From Thermodesulfobacteriota bacterium (GTDB lineage: Bacteria; Desulfobacterota; BSN033; UBA1163), in assembly GCA_030017685.1 (NCBI GenBank), contig JASEHH010000006.1, forward strand, positions 3,082-67,081: DNA of 64,000 nucleotides. The letters are read 5' to 3'. The notes beneath the pieces are model-generated. The model searched no databases. It was not told the origin of the DNA and saw only the letters and a program-made list of their open reading frames with translations. The position numbers were made by a program, and so were the translations under genes. Position 1 is the stretch's first letter, and the number at the start of each line of letters is the position of its first letter. This document shows, piece by piece, positions 9,187 to 20,270 of the stretch.

Positions 9187-9525
9187 TTAGCCATTCCTCG
9201 CTGTTGAGGATACCGAAACCAGTTCAGCAACCCGTTCCATCTCGGCTTTGATGGTTTGAACTGCTCTGCCGGCCCCTGTCAGGTTATTCGCGCGGGCATT
9301 CGCCTCCATCCCCCAGGCGACTCCGGAGATTCCCGTCAATCCAAGGCTGGCCGCAGAACCTTTTATGGAATGAGCCGATTCGATAACCTTCCTTGTGTCT
9401 TCCGTTTCTATGGCGGTCTCCAGTTGAATGAGGTGCAGAGAGGTCGTCTTCAGGAAGAGGTCTATCATATCCTGATATTCAGCTTCATCCAGATCCACTT
9501 TTTCCGCCAATGTCTTCAAGTTCAT
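9187..9525 (-). CDS. Hpt phosphotransfer protein
   Basis: AHSIKGSAASLG Hpt motif in a 112-aa helical protein. Confidence 0.9.
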   Translation of the reverse strand: MNLKTLAEKVDLDEAEYQDMIDLFLKTTSLHLIQLETAIETEDTRKVIESAHSIKGSAASLGLTGISGVAWGMEANARANNLTGAGRAVQTIKAEMERVAELVSVSSTARNG

Positions 9526-9564
9526 GGTTAACTCCTTTCCATTTACTTAGAAAATAAAAGTCTA

Positions 9565-9677
9565 TCGGTAAGGGTAACGAGGCCCGTATCGTTAATAAAA
9601 GGCTACGTTGATCGTCTTTTAATTCTTTTTACGTAACCGTTACCGAATGACGAAACGGGCTTCGTTACCGTAGCCGA
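9565..9677. repeat. Long inverted-repeat element, family GGT(A/T)ACG...GCCCGTATCG, copy 1
   Basis: ~23-bp imperfect IR; related copies at 16157-16314 and 22858-23012. Confidence 0.65.
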
Positions 9678-9680
9678 AAC

Positions 9681-11867
9681 CTAATCTCGAATCCATTTCT
9701 TGATCATTTCAGAAACAGCCTCTTTTTGAACAGGTTTGGACATGTAATCGTCCATACCCGCTTTCAGACAGCGCTCGCGGTCTTCGGCCATGGCATGGGC
9801 TGTCACTGCAATAATCGGGATATGCCCGGATGGCCCTTCCCTCTGACGGATCTCCGCGGTGGCAGTATAGCCGTCCATCTCAGGCATCTGGCAGTCCATC
9901 AACACCAGATCATAAGCAAATTGTTCAATTCTTCCGATCGCTTCTATCCCATTCCCAGCCGTATCAACACCACAGCCAAGTTTCTCAAGGATTTTTACCA
10001 TCATCTTTTGATTGACCGGATTGTCCTCTGCCACAAGAATGCGAAGCGGATGCTTGATCCCATCCTTGGTCTGTCGATCCCTTTCGCACCCAATCCGTAT
10101 CGATTCCTCCTCTTTCTTTTCTTCTCCGAAGCGCCGCTCCAGGAGTTGAAAAAGCCTGTCCCTGCGGACCGGCCTGTTGAGAAAACCATCAAACCCCGCC
10201 TCCCTGAACTTCTGTGCATTCCGCTCCAATGGCGGAGAGAGGCTCAGAATGAAGAGGTCTGTCATCCCGGCCTGCCTGATCTTTTGGGCCGCCCCGAATC
10301 CCCACGGGATCTCAATATCGATGAAACAGAGATGAAACGGAGTTCCTCCATCAAAGGATCTTTTCAATGTGGGGAGAATCTCTTCTTCCTTCGTGAGTGT
10401 GGTCACGCGAATCCCGGCGGATTCGAGAATCGATTGCATCAGGTTCATGCGGGCCTGATGGCGATCGACAAGGAGAATCCTTTTAGAGGAAAAAGACGGG
10501 GAAATAAATCTTTTTACCTGATCGTTTTCCGATTTTTCAAACCAGGCTATAAAATGGAAGAGGCTTCCCTTACCGGGCTCGCTCTCGGCCCAGACATCTC
10601 CGCCCATCGCCCCGGAAATCTGTTTGCAGATCGACAGCCCAAGCCCTGTCCCTCCATATCTTCTGGTCGTGGAGCCATCCGCCTGCTGAAAAAGTTCAAA
10701 GATGACGGTCAATTTATCCTTCGGGATGCCGATCCCCGTGTCCCGGACCATCACATGGAGCTTCACGCGGTCGGCCTGCTCTTCTTCCCGATCGATGGTC
10801 ATTTCGATCTCGCCTGACTCCGTGAATTTGGCGGCGTTTCCCGCAAGGTTCAACAGGACCTGTCTGAACCGGTGCATATCCCCTTTTACAGAAGAGGGAA
10901 GATTTTTCCCGATTCGGCATAAGACTTCCACGGGTTTCCGGTTGATCTTAGGGACGACCATCTTGCAAACCTCATAAACCGCCATCTCCGGGTCAAAATC
11001 GATCTTTTCAAGATGGACCTGCCCCGCTTCCATTTTTGAAAAATCGAGAATGTCATTGATCAAGGAAAGCAGGGCTTCGCCGCTGCTCCTGATCGTGATA
11101 GTATAGTCGAACTGTTCCTCTTCGAGCTTTGTTTCGAGGAGCATATCCGTGAAACCGATCACGGCATTGAGCGGCGTCCGTATCTCGTGGCTCATGTTTG
11201 CAAGAAACTGGCCTTTTGTCACACTGGCCACTTTTGCCAACTCGAGCGCTTTCCGCAGTTCATCGGTCCTCTTCTGAACGATCCTTTCGAGATTCTGGTT
11301 TTGATCATGAATTCTCCGGTAGAGGACCGAATGCTCAATCGCATGGGCGGTATTGAATAGAATGAGCGTCAACAGATTGGACTGCACATCGCTCAAGGAA
11401 TGGCTCTCCGAAGTCAGGGCGCCTGCAAACATTCCCACCACATTCGATCTCGTCACCAGGGGATGAAGGATCATGGGCTGGTCGAAATACCTCGGTGAAA
11501 CCGTCAGGCTTCGATTCTGTTGAAGGGCCCAGGCAAAGTGTCCCTCCTCGATCTGGAACTCCAGCTCCTTCCGGAGCAGAGGCCGGTCGGCTTCCGGCTC
11601 GCAATGGGTGAGAACGAAATCGAAATCCTCCTCGTCGACAGTCATAAATGCGAGGGTCTGGAATTGCATCAGCCGCCTCAAATACAGCCGGGCCGTGCTG
11701 AAAATTTTGAAAGGCTCCTGGTCCGGCGAGAAACTGGCCTGGACATCGCCGAGGGAAACCATCCATTCCAGCGATTCCATCATCCACCGGTTATGATCCT
11801 CTAACTGTTTGATACGAGTGTTCAGTTTAACGATGTCCGGGCCTTCATCCAAAAAAGGGGTCATCAC
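9681..11867 (-). CDS. Hybrid sensor kinase GAF-HisKA-HATPase-REC-REC (BarA/RpfC-like)
   Basis: [37 protein letters not shown], degenerate REC then intact [12 protein letters not shown]. Confidence 0.93.
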   Translation of the reverse strand: MMTPFLDEGPDIVKLNTRIKQLEDHNRWMMESLEWMVSLGDVQASFSPDQEPFKIFSTARLYLRRLMQFQTLAFMTVDEEDFDFVLTHCEPEADRPLLRKELEFQIEEGHFAWALQQNRSLTVSPRYFDQPMILHPLVTRSNVVGMFAGALTSESHSLSDVQSNLLTLILFNTAHAIEHSVLYRRIHDQNQNLERIVQKRTDELRKALELAKVASVTKGQFLANMSHEIRTPLNAVIGFTDMLLETKLEEEQFDYTITIRSSGEALLSLINDILDFSKMEAGQVHLEKIDFDPEMAVYEVCKMVVPKINRKPVEVLCRIGKNLPSSVKGDMHRFRQVLLNLAGNAAKFTESGEIEMTIDREEEQADRVKLHVMVRDTGIGIPKDKLTVIFELFQQADGSTTRRYGGTGLGLSICKQISGAMGGDVWAESEPGKGSLFHFIAWFEKSENDQVKRFISPSFSSKRILLVDRHQARMNLMQSILESAGIRVTTLTKEEEILPTLKRSFDGGTPFHLCFIDIEIPWGFGAAQKIRQAGMTDLFILSLSPPLERNAQKFREAGFDGFLNRPVRRDRLFQLLERRFGEEKKEEESIRIGCERDRQTKDGIKHPLRILVAEDNPVNQKMMVKILEKLGCGVDTAGNGIEAIGRIEQFAYDLVLMDCQMPEMDGYTATAEIRQREGPSGHIPIIAVTAHAMAEDRERCLKAGMDDYMSKPVQKEAVSEMIKKWIRD

Positions 11868-12718
11868 TGTTCACCGTTCAAGATCGAATGGATGACATCG
11901 TTGACCTGGCCTCTCAAATCATTCAATATGGAAGGCAGGACGCTCACCGGAAGTCCGATGCGCTCCCATGCCTCCGCCTTTAAAGGAGGGACTGTCCGCT
12001 CTCCGCTCGTCCCCCAGCGGAAACCATTGACCATGATGTCCGCTATATGAACCACCGCTGTTTCAACAGGGTATCGGCTTGCTCCAAGGGGATGATGATG
12101 GAAGGCGACCGCTTCCTCCAAACTGGAGGGGAGGTTCCAGGTTTGTAATAAGATTCTGCCCATTTGGGCATGGTCGAACCCGATGATCTCCTGTTCTGCA
12201 AGAAAGAGAGGAATACCGCTCGTTTTGCACCGGATCAAAGCAGAACGCGACTGGTCGCCGATCTTCTTATACATGATGAGGCGACCGATGTCGTGAACCA
12301 TACCGGCAATGAGGAATTGCTCGATATTGGTTTCACGCCGGTACTTGGCGATCGTCTTGGCCGCAAGGCCGCAGGCGATGCTGTGATGCCAGAACGATTC
12401 CATGCTGACCAGATCTTTCGGAATTCCCTGGAAGAGGTTGACAATGGAGGTGGCCAGGACAAAATCTCGAAGCTGTTTGGTCCCGATCACGATGAGGGCC
12501 TGGGTGATCGTCTCAATTTTTGAAGGAAAGCTGTAAAAGGCGCTGTTGACCAGACGGAGCAGTCTCACCGTCAGGCCGGGATCCTCACTTACGATCCTGC
12601 CAATATCGGCCATGGAACCATTCGGACGGTTGATGGCTTCGTCAATTTTATAGTAAACCATCGGCAGGGACGAGACCTCCACGTATCCCTTCAAAAGGTC
12701 ATGGGGATGAAGTGCCAC
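11864..12718 (-). CDS. HDOD domain protein
   Basis: LPMVYYKI...DPGLTVRLLRLVNSAFY...FWHHS...HDIGRL...DHAQMG. Confidence 0.92.
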   Translation of the reverse strand: MALHPHDLLKGYVEVSSLPMVYYKIDEAINRPNGSMADIGRIVSEDPGLTVRLLRLVNSAFYSFPSKIETITQALIVIGTKQLRDFVLATSIVNLFQGIPKDLVSMESFWHHSIACGLAAKTIAKYRRETNIEQFLIAGMVHDIGRLIMYKKIGDQSRSALIRCKTSGIPLFLAEQEIIGFDHAQMGRILLQTWNLPSSLEEAVAFHHHPLGASRYPVETAVVHIADIMVNGFRWGTSGERTVPPLKAEAWERIGLPVSVLPSILNDLRGQVNDVIHSILNGEQ

Positions 12719-13058
12719 GGCGCTTCTCCTCTGGTGTGCGGAGGGTCTCGAGGGTGATCAGGTGGAATAATTCCCTGATGAAGGGATGGGCAAGGTCATT
12801 GTGACAGAACAGCTCAGCCGTTCTACTCTCTGCCTCACGGAGCAGATCCGGGTCGATCTCCGAAGCGGTTTTCGAATAGGCATCTTCTTGCTCTCCCCCC
12901 TGGATATGGGCTTCGAGAATGCCCCACATCTTAAAAATTCTAAGATGTTTTTCAGTGATCTCCGCTCCGGCCGAAAGCAGCGCCCTGCCATTTCGATCCT
13001 TGACATCGCCGGCCAGGATCATACCCGGTTTGATCGCATCGAGAGAGATGACTCCCAT
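12699..13058 (-). CDS. Hypothetical protein resembling the N-terminal module of HD-GYP/HDOD-associated proteins
   Basis: ISLDAIKPGMILAGDVKDRNGRALLSAGAEITEKHLRIFKMWGI; SD GGAGG upstream of ATG 13058; overlaps HDOD start. Confidence 0.7.
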   Translation of the reverse strand: MGVISLDAIKPGMILAGDVKDRNGRALLSAGAEITEKHLRIFKMWGILEAHIQGGEQEDAYSKTASEIDPDLLREAESRTAELFCHNDLAHPFIRELFHLITLETLRTPEEKRRGTSSP

Positions 13059-13102
13059 CGGACAGATAGACTCCTCCGGCCTCCTCTTTCTAATCGAATC
13101 AC

Positions 13103-13130
13103 TTATCGGCATTTTTCTGATTTTTCTTGA
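13103..13130 (-). promoter_or_regulatory. Putative sigma28 promoter for the HDOD/kinase/Hpt run
   Basis: TCAAG-N15-GCCGATAA (perfect -10). Confidence 0.55.
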
Positions 13131-13192
13131 GATTTCTGGAAAAGGTTAGAAATCTCTGATTACACAGATTATGAAACGATTACGGCGATTAG

Positions 13193-13323
13193 GAGACTGT
13201 GTCACAAGTCCGTTCATGGTTCGACAAGCTCACCACGAACGGAAAAGGACACATTTAAATCCATTAGTTAGCCGTTCGCCCTGAGCGTGTCGAAGGGGAA
13301 ACGGCGTATTACCACACAGTCTC
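13193..13323. mobile_element. MITE-like element with TTCGACAAGCTCA / CCTGAGCGTGTCGAAGG core
   Basis: 10-bp TIR GAGACTGTGT / ACACAGTCTC. Confidence 0.6.
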
Positions 13324-13354
13324 AGAGGGGATAGGGAAGGGAGGGGTTAAATCG

Positions 13355-15790
13355 TTATGTTTTGAAGGATTCAATCTTTTTTAGTTTTTTTTTCGTCTGG
13401 TCCAGAATTTCTCTGACTTTCTTCCCTAAGTCCCGCAGGGTCACGGGCTTATGGAGCATGGGAACCTTTAACCTCTGGCTGAAATATCTCTGGACAATCT
13501 CTTCGCTATATCCCGATAAGAAGAGACAGGGCAGATTAGGAGAGGAGGAGATGATATGTTCATAGACCTGGGGACCATTCAGTTTCGGCATCACCGCATC
13601 GAGGATGGCGAGATCGATCCGGCCTCGATAAGCTGAGAAGACTTCGATTGCCTCCTCTCCATCGCAGGCGATCAAAACTTTATAACCCAGCCCTTCGAGG
13701 AGGGGCTTAAATAGTTCCCGGACCTCTTTCTCATCTTCGGCAACCAGAAGCGTCTCTGTCCCTCGTGGGATCTCCTCCGAAAGCGCCTCCACGGCCTCCT
13801 GAGTAAAGGCGTCCTGATGAACAGTGAAGTAGAGATCGAACCTGGACCCTTCGCCCGGCCGGCTCGATACGAAAATATGCCCCTTGTGCTGTTTCACAAT
13901 TCCGTAAACCACGGAAAGCCCAAGTCCGGAACCTTTCTCTCTCGTGGTAAAGAAGGGGTCGAAGATCCTCGACAGCGTCTCCTTATCCATTCCCTTGCCC
14001 GTATCGATGACCGATACCTGGACATACTCGCCCGGCGTGACAAAGGGGTGTTGATTGCAGAAGCCTCCATCGAGTCGGATATTCCGGGCTTGAAGGGTCA
14101 GGATTCCTCCCCGTGGCATCGCATCCCTTGCATTGACGATCAGGTTCATCAGGACCTGATCCATTGCGGAAGGGTCCACATAGATCGGACTGAGGCCGGG
14201 CCTGAGCTCCATTCTCAACTCGATATCTTCACCGATCAGACGGGAGAGCATACGGGAAAGATTTCCGATCATATCCGCCACATTGAGGACTTTTGGGTTA
14301 AGCATCTGGCGACGTCCAAAGGCAAGAAGTTGCCGGGTCAGGTCTGATGCTTTTTGGGTTCCCTCTTCAATTTTTAAAAGGGATTCGTGGATGGGGTGGG
14401 AGGGGTCAACATTCATCAGGCCCAACTCCACATTTCCCTGGATCACCATGAGCAGGTTGTTGAAGTCGTGGGCCACGCCTCCAGCCAGCATTCCGATGGC
14501 CTCCATCTTCTGTGACTGAAAGAGCTGTTCTTCAAGAATCTTCCTTTCGGTCACATCCCTGACGATCCCCCGATAGCCAACCACCTCTCCCTGGTCATTG
14601 TGAATCGTCGTCGCCGTCAACAGAACGATGAGCTTCTCTCCATTCTTCTTCTTCAACTGCAACTCCAGATCTTTGACAAACCCCTGCCGATCCAACAGGT
14701 TTCTAACCCTTCCTCTCTCCTCAACGCTGAAATAAATGTCTCTTCCAACATTGACTTTAAAAAGCTCCTCTTTTGAATCGTATCCGAATAGCTTCACGCC
14801 GGCCGGATTGATATCGATAAATCTTCCTTCTGTGGTCGTGATGAAGATAGCATCCTCCGATTCTTCAAAGAGGCTTCGATACTTCTCCTCGGACTGCTTG
14901 CGTAAATCCTCTGCCCGCCTCCACTCTGTGATGTCGCTGGCGACAAAGATCATTCCTTTTACTTTTCCCTTCTCGTCCCGGAAGATGGAATTGGTCAGGA
15001 GGACCGGGAAGGCGCTCCCATCCTTCTTCTTTCCAATACATTCACCTTCCCAGTAACCGGACTGTTTGAGTGTCGAAAGATTGCTGGGAGAGATGATTTC
15101 CGTGATGTGCTTTCCATTGATTTCATCATTTCGCCATTGAAAAAGGCGTTCTGCAAATCTATTCCCGAAGATAATCCTTCGATCCAGATCCGTTGCGATC
15201 AACGCATTCCGGGTCTGGTCAAGAAGGGATGCCTGGAAAAACATCCTCTCCTCCATTCGCCTGTGCTCGCTAAACAGTTTTGCGCTATTAATGGCTCCGG
15301 CGATCTGACAGCTGATATTTTCGGCAAGCCTGAGATCGTTTCCAGAATAGGCATTCGGTCTCTTCGATCTCAGATGAAGAACTCCGATGATCTGATTCTT
15401 CGAAATCAGCGGGACGGAAATCATCGATTGAAGCCCGGCCTGAACAGTATGGAAGAGCCTCTCATCCCGTTCGATCCATTTCTGGATCTTTTCTCCCTGG
15501 ATCAGCATCCCCTTCCGGGTTTTGACGATCTCTTCGACGATCGTTCCTGAGATGGTTCCCTTATCCCCGGGCCCACAGAGCGGGACCTTAAGACCTTTCA
15601 CATAGTCGTAGTTGGTGGAATGTCCTTCGGAGTCAATCAGGACAATGGCAATCCGGTCAAAGGGGATGAGTTTCCTGACCGCCCCGGCAAAGCGTTCATA
15701 AATCTCTCCGATATCGAGAGAGGAGCTGACGATCCGGCCGATCTCCGCCACGACCGCATTCTCTCTGGCCAGACGTTCCAACTCATCCAT
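13355..15790 (-). CDS. Hybrid sensor kinase GAF-PAS-PAS-HisKA-HATPase-REC
   Basis: GAF, two PAS, GGVAHDFNN, DPFFTTREKGSGLGLS, REC LAILDAVMP. Confidence 0.93.
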   Translation of the reverse strand: MDELERLARENAVVAEIGRIVSSSLDIGEIYERFAGAVRKLIPFDRIAIVLIDSEGHSTNYDYVKGLKVPLCGPGDKGTISGTIVEEIVKTRKGMLIQGEKIQKWIERDERLFHTVQAGLQSMISVPLISKNQIIGVLHLRSKRPNAYSGNDLRLAENISCQIAGAINSAKLFSEHRRMEERMFFQASLLDQTRNALIATDLDRRIIFGNRFAERLFQWRNDEINGKHITEIISPSNLSTLKQSGYWEGECIGKKKDGSAFPVLLTNSIFRDEKGKVKGMIFVASDITEWRRAEDLRKQSEEKYRSLFEESEDAIFITTTEGRFIDINPAGVKLFGYDSKEELFKVNVGRDIYFSVEERGRVRNLLDRQGFVKDLELQLKKKNGEKLIVLLTATTIHNDQGEVVGYRGIVRDVTERKILEEQLFQSQKMEAIGMLAGGVAHDFNNLLMVIQGNVELGLMNVDPSHPIHESLLKIEEGTQKASDLTRQLLAFGRRQMLNPKVLNVADMIGNLSRMLSRLIGEDIELRMELRPGLSPIYVDPSAMDQVLMNLIVNARDAMPRGGILTLQARNIRLDGGFCNQHPFVTPGEYVQVSVIDTGKGMDKETLSRIFDPFFTTREKGSGLGLSVVYGIVKQHKGHIFVSSRPGEGSRFDLYFTVHQDAFTQEAVEALSEEIPRGTETLLVAEDEKEVRELFKPLLEGLGYKVLIACDGEEAIEVFSAYRGRIDLAILDAVMPKLNGPQVYEHIISSSPNLPCLFLSGYSEEIVQRYFSQRLKVPMLHKPVTLRDLGKKVREILDQTKKKLKKIESFKT

Positions 15791-15874
15791 GATTTGTCAA
15801 CCCTGTTTTAAGATAGAAGGATAATAAATCAAAATGAATGATGAATCAAGGCAGCATTGGGGTCACATCTTCAC

Positions 15875-16112
15875 GGGCTGTTGCCCAAATCGATTTCATG
15901 CTTCGACAAGCCTGTCCTGAGTCCCGCGCTGAGCGGGATTCACCCTTCGAGAGCCTGAGGGCGAACGGTTTTTTCCGAATGTCCTGAGCGAAGTCGAAGG
16001 AAGGGCTCATGCTTCGACAAACTCAGCAGACCGGAAAAGTTATATGATTTCAATATATCACCGCTCGCCCTGAGCCTGTCGAAGGGCAAATGGTGAGTTT
16101 GAGCAACAGCCT
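15875..16112. mobile_element. MITE-like element with multiple TTCGACAA / GTCGAAGG units
   Basis: TIR GGGCTGTTGCCCAA / TTGAGCAACAGCCT (12/14); core shared with 13193-13323. Confidence 0.55.
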
Positions 16113-16156
16113 GTTCAACTGTCAATTGCTCAGAAAATAAAAGTTTAAAGTCCAAA

Positions 16157-16314
16157 GGTAATGGTAAAGATGCCCGTATCGTCATTCGGTTACGTTGTTC
16201 GTCTTCTCAATCTTTAACCGTAACCATTCGACGATTTACGAAACGCCTGCCTGCCCAGCCCTCGGTCGGGACCGGGGCCGGTAGGCAGGGGCTTCGTCAC
16301 CGTAACCGAAACCT
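16157..16314. repeat. Inverted-repeat element copy 2 with 44-bp insert at 16246-16289
   Basis: Removing 16246-16289 restores ACGAAACGGGCTTCG, as at 9650-9664. Confidence 0.7.
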
Positions 16315-16421
16315 AAGGACTTGATTGATTTTTATTGTTCGTGCCTGTCCCGTATAAACGGGAGGTGACGTAGCCGTTGCCCATCAATTAATGAGGTATT
16401 CTAACTTCGCAGAGAAACAGC

Positions 16422-18422
16422 CTACGGCCTGTGCTCGATTGATTCGGTCACGAGGTTGAGAATCCGGCTGAAATCAAAGGGTTTGGAGATGACGAAATCG
16501 ACTCCGCTTTCCTCTTTTTTCGTCTCATCAATCTCCATTCCCCAGCCGGTGATCATACCTACTGGAGTTTTCGGACTCATTCTCTTGATGGCTTTGCATA
16601 CTTCCCAACCTGACACATTGGGCATTCCGAGATCGGTCAAGACAATATCAAACTTCTTCTCTCTGAATAACTGCAGCCCTTCCTCCCCGTTCTTGGCCGT
16701 CATGACCTGATGGTTGACTTGAGAGAGGCCCCGCATCAGCACACCCCTCACATGTTCCTCATCATCAATCACCAGGATCCTGGCCTCTCTTCCCTGCTTG
16801 ATCGTCTCGACAGGTCCACGATCTTCCTTCTCTTCACCGCCGGTGTGAAGTGAGATGGTAAAGGCCGTCCCTCTTCCCGGCTCGCTTTCGACTTCGATCT
16901 CGCCTCTGAACCGTTTGATGATTCCGTAGGCCATGCTTAATCCCAGCCCTGTATTCGTGAAGGGTTTGGTGGTGAAGAAGGGTTCGAAGACCTTCTTTCT
17001 GATCTCCTCAGACATTCCGAGGCCCGTATCCGATACCTGAATGCAAACCTTCTCCGGCTCCTGGAAGGTCCTGATCTCGATTCTTCCACCTTCAGGCATT
17101 GCCTCAACAGCATTGAAGACCATATTGGTGATCACCTCTCTCAGCTCTGAGACATTGCCTGCCGCATGAGGAACTTTCTCAAAGTGAGTGATCATCTCGA
17201 TATGAATTCCCCTGCCCTGGGCTTCATCCCTCCATTTCGGACGGGTGATTTCAACCGCATCTTTTACAATGGCATTGATATCCATCTTGAAAAGATCCTG
17301 CCGCACCTTACTCTTCGTAAACTCCTGAAGGCGCCGGACGGTCTGGGCGCCATCTTTAGCTACCTTCTCAATAATCTTCAATGCATCCACCTGCTCCTTA
17401 TCCTTTGTGCCGAGGAGTAATAACTGAGCATTTCCGAGGATAATGGCCAAAGCGTTGTTGAAGTCGTGGGCCACACCGCTCGCCATCTCTCCCACGGCCC
17501 TCAGTTTTTCTGCCTGAAAGAGCTGTTCTTCCATCTTCCGTTTCTCGGTGATGTCCTTCAGAAATGCAATCTTGTTCGTATTCCCATGATAATCGAGGAT
17601 CGTCGTGGAGCTGACTTCCACATTCCGGACTTCTCCGTTTTTCCGGAGGATATTGATTTCATATCGGGGCGGCACCTCCGCTCCTCTTTGACGCAGGAGA
17701 CTCCTCTCTGTCAGGATTTGCCGGCTTCTCTCGTCGAGGAAGTCCAGAAATTCGGCCCCGACCAGCTCTTCTCTTTGAAAACCTAAAAGCTCAGCCAGCC
17801 TCTCATTCACATAGGTCAACCGAAAGCCCTCTCCCATCACCAGGACTCCGTCGAGCGCGCTTTCGACCACTGTTCTATATCGCTCCTCGGATCTCACATT
17901 CTCGATGATGCTGGCCAGATGTCCTCCTGCTGTTTCAAACAACTGGAGGTCCCCGTTCGAGAACGCATTCTGCCTCTGGCTTTGGGCATCGATGACCCCG
18001 ATCACTTTTCCACCCACTCCGAGAGGGGCGCACATTTCTGAAAGAACACACTCTCCATTCCCAATATATCTCGGATCGTTCCGGACATCGTTGACCAGAA
18101 GCGAGGCCCCGTCCTCAGCCACCCATCCGGTGATGCCCTTTCCCACTCTGAGATGGAGAGCCTCAATTGCATCGGCGGAAAAACCGATGGAAGAGGGATG
18201 CAGGGTGAACCGGCCGGTGGTTTGATCGATCAATAGCACGGAGAGCATTTCGAAGTTAAAAAAGTCGTAAAGGGTTTTAGTAATCTCACTTAACATCTGG
18301 TCGAAATTGAGTGCGGAGTGAGAAATCTTCGTCATCTCATAGAGAATGGTCAATTCGTCCAGTCTCTTCTTCGTCTCCTCGTAAAGTAATGCCATTCGGT
18401 CTGAATCAAAGTCTCTCTCCAT
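16422..18422 (-). CDS. Hybrid sensor kinase GAF-PAS-HisKA-HATPase-REC
   Basis: SGVAHDFNN, EPFFTTKPFTNTGLGLS, REC IVLTDLGMP. Confidence 0.93.
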   Translation of the reverse strand: MERDFDSDRMALLYEETKKRLDELTILYEMTKISHSALNFDQMLSEITKTLYDFFNFEMLSVLLIDQTTGRFTLHPSSIGFSADAIEALHLRVGKGITGWVAEDGASLLVNDVRNDPRYIGNGECVLSEMCAPLGVGGKVIGVIDAQSQRQNAFSNGDLQLFETAGGHLASIIENVRSEERYRTVVESALDGVLVMGEGFRLTYVNERLAELLGFQREELVGAEFLDFLDERSRQILTERSLLRQRGAEVPPRYEINILRKNGEVRNVEVSSTTILDYHGNTNKIAFLKDITEKRKMEEQLFQAEKLRAVGEMASGVAHDFNNALAIILGNAQLLLLGTKDKEQVDALKIIEKVAKDGAQTVRRLQEFTKSKVRQDLFKMDINAIVKDAVEITRPKWRDEAQGRGIHIEMITHFEKVPHAAGNVSELREVITNMVFNAVEAMPEGGRIEIRTFQEPEKVCIQVSDTGLGMSEEIRKKVFEPFFTTKPFTNTGLGLSMAYGIIKRFRGEIEVESEPGRGTAFTISLHTGGEEKEDRGPVETIKQGREARILVIDDEEHVRGVLMRGLSQVNHQVMTAKNGEEGLQLFREKKFDIVLTDLGMPNVSGWEVCKAIKRMSPKTPVGMITGWGMEIDETKKEESGVDFVISKPFDFSRILNLVTESIEHRP

Positions 18423-18486
18423 TTAACATTCCTTCCTTACAGGTTCCATTTTTGATTCACTCAAGGGACAGATTTATTGATATTCA

Positions 18487-18536
18487 CCTTCACCCTCCCC
18501 TCTCTCCCGACTACAGGGGAGAGGGTAAAGGTGAGG
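18487..18536. repeat. CCTTCACCCTCCCCTCTCTCCC...GGGGAGAGGG REP-like hairpin
   Basis: Same family as 5221-5352. Confidence 0.5.
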
Positions 18537-18553
18537 CAGGTCTATCAATTATT

Positions 18554-18569
18554 TGCATCTCCTATGCCA
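18554..18569 (-). promoter_or_regulatory. Putative sigma54 promoter for kinase 16422-18422
   Basis: TGGCAT-N5-ATGCA (GG-N10-GC). Confidence 0.45.
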
Positions 18570-19039
18570 TAAGTGTCCTGAATTTCGCCAAAATTGGTAT
18601 AACGTCCTCATAACTTATTGATTTTATTTAAATGTCGATGCAAGCTCGGAATAACAATTTGCATCATTGTATTATTTTGAAACGCCCTTACACATCCCAA
18701 TTTAACTGATATCATGTCATTAAAATGACATTTCCCCGTCAAAAAATTTTGATCCACCGCCTGACATTGGACTGTAAGACGGTGAGACTACAATCCTAAG
18801 AATGGTAGCATCATTTTTTCCGTGATAGAAATCCATGGGAATGTCAACTCCAGAGGAGCAGGCGGGCCAGCGGAGAAAGATTTAGGGCGGCACCGCTTAA
18901 GGAGTGACTCCAGACGCTCCAAGACCAACAAAAACCTCATTTTCATTGACTACGAAAGTTTCCCTTAACCGTCTAATGATCCGCAATCCTAAAGATTTCG
19001 GAGTCTGGCTTGCCTGCCCCTCTGGAGTCCATTCTGCCA

Positions 19040-20266
19040 TCACGAAATTGTAGACGCTTCCACTAAAAATCCTGAGCTCCACTCCACGGCATTCATGTAA
19101 AGATGGGCAGTCCTCCCCTCATCGATTCCAAGCTTGAGCCCCTGTTCGGAGAGTTTATTCCATTCTCCTCTTTCATAAGAGAGGACATATTGATAAACCT
19201 CTCCCAAACGGTTCTCTTCTCCCAATAATGCCTTCTTGACGTCCTCCGCAATCGGAATCTCCAGGAGAATTTCGGAAAGCGGCCGGCCCAGGATGGCATC
19301 GATCATCGAGAACATTCCCATGAGAAAGAGATCTTCGGAACGGCGGAAGAGTCCGGTAAATGGGGCGAGTGATTCACAAAATTTTGCCCGGAGGATCGAT
19401 TGCGTGACCACATCCTCCGGTTTATCCTCTCCAAGGGTGGCGAGCGTGACGAGTGTGATCCACTTTCTGATCTCCCTCTCTCCTAACAGCAGAAGGGCCT
19501 GCTTGAGGGACGAGATCTTATTTCTCAATCCGAAGAATGCGGAATTGATGTAACGGAGGAGTTTGAACGAAAGGGAGACCTCTCTCTTGATGATTTCCGT
19601 TAACCTCCCGAAATCAAGCTCGGGCCGGTGGATCTCCTGAAGCACACTCAGATAATGAAGCTTGAACCCCGGGATGTCCTTTCCCGAAATGATCTTCGGT
19701 TTGCTGAAAAAATAGCCCTGGCAGTAGGTATAGCCCATCCCCTTTGCCTCTTCCAGCATCTCCAGGGTCTCCACCTTCTCGGCCAGAAACCGGACTCCCG
19801 AAGGTCCAAATTCCTGCACCAGACCGCTTCGAGCCTCCTTCTCCGTCGACAAAAAATCGACCTTTATAAAGTCCGTCAATTCGATCAGAGGCTGGTACCG
19901 GTCGTCATAGACAAAATCGTCCAAGGCCAGAAGGTAGCCGGCGCGTTTCAATTTTTCGCAGGCGGCCACCACCTTGCCATCCGGGGCTACATTTTCAAGA
20001 ATCTCTACGACGATCCGTTCCTTCGGGATGAGAAAGAGAAACTCATTGAGGAGGATGTCCCGTGTGATGTTGATGAAAGCCCTTTTCCCTCCGGTCAGGG
20101 ACTGGATGCCCAGGAGAAAGAAACTGTCCGCAATGACTTTGGAGGTGGCCTGATCAGGATCCGTATGCCGGAAGACATTGTCTAATCCTGAACGGAAGAG
20201 GAGTTCATAGCCATAGACCTTCTGGTTCATATCGAAGATGGGCTGTCTGGCGATGAAGGTCTCCAT
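19040..20266 (-). CDS. EAL-HDOD protein (YuxH/PdeH/CdgJ-like c-di-GMP phosphodiesterase)
   Basis: FIARQPIFD...GYELLFR...ALDDF...LAEKVET...QGYFFSKP followed by HDOD (SLSFKLLRYINSAFFG). Confidence 0.92.
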   Translation of the reverse strand: METFIARQPIFDMNQKVYGYELLFRSGLDNVFRHTDPDQATSKVIADSFFLLGIQSLTGGKRAFINITRDILLNEFLFLIPKERIVVEILENVAPDGKVVAACEKLKRAGYLLALDDFVYDDRYQPLIELTDFIKVDFLSTEKEARSGLVQEFGPSGVRFLAEKVETLEMLEEAKGMGYTYCQGYFFSKPKIISGKDIPGFKLHYLSVLQEIHRPELDFGRLTEIIKREVSLSFKLLRYINSAFFGLRNKISSLKQALLLLGEREIRKWITLVTLATLGEDKPEDVVTQSILRAKFCESLAPFTGLFRRSEDLFLMGMFSMIDAILGRPLSEILLEIPIAEDVKKALLGEENRLGEVYQYVLSYERGEWNKLSEQGLKLGIDEGRTAHLYMNAVEWSSGFLVEASTIS

Positions 20267-20270
20267 TCCC

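Noticed and set aside
9562-9590. ACCGATAG as a sigma28 -10 box for the Hpt gene
   Set aside because: No matching -35; it overlaps the end of a repeat element.
18897-19082. 61-aa ORF overlapping the EAL-HDOD 3' end
   Set aside because: No SD or motif; overlaps a real gene.
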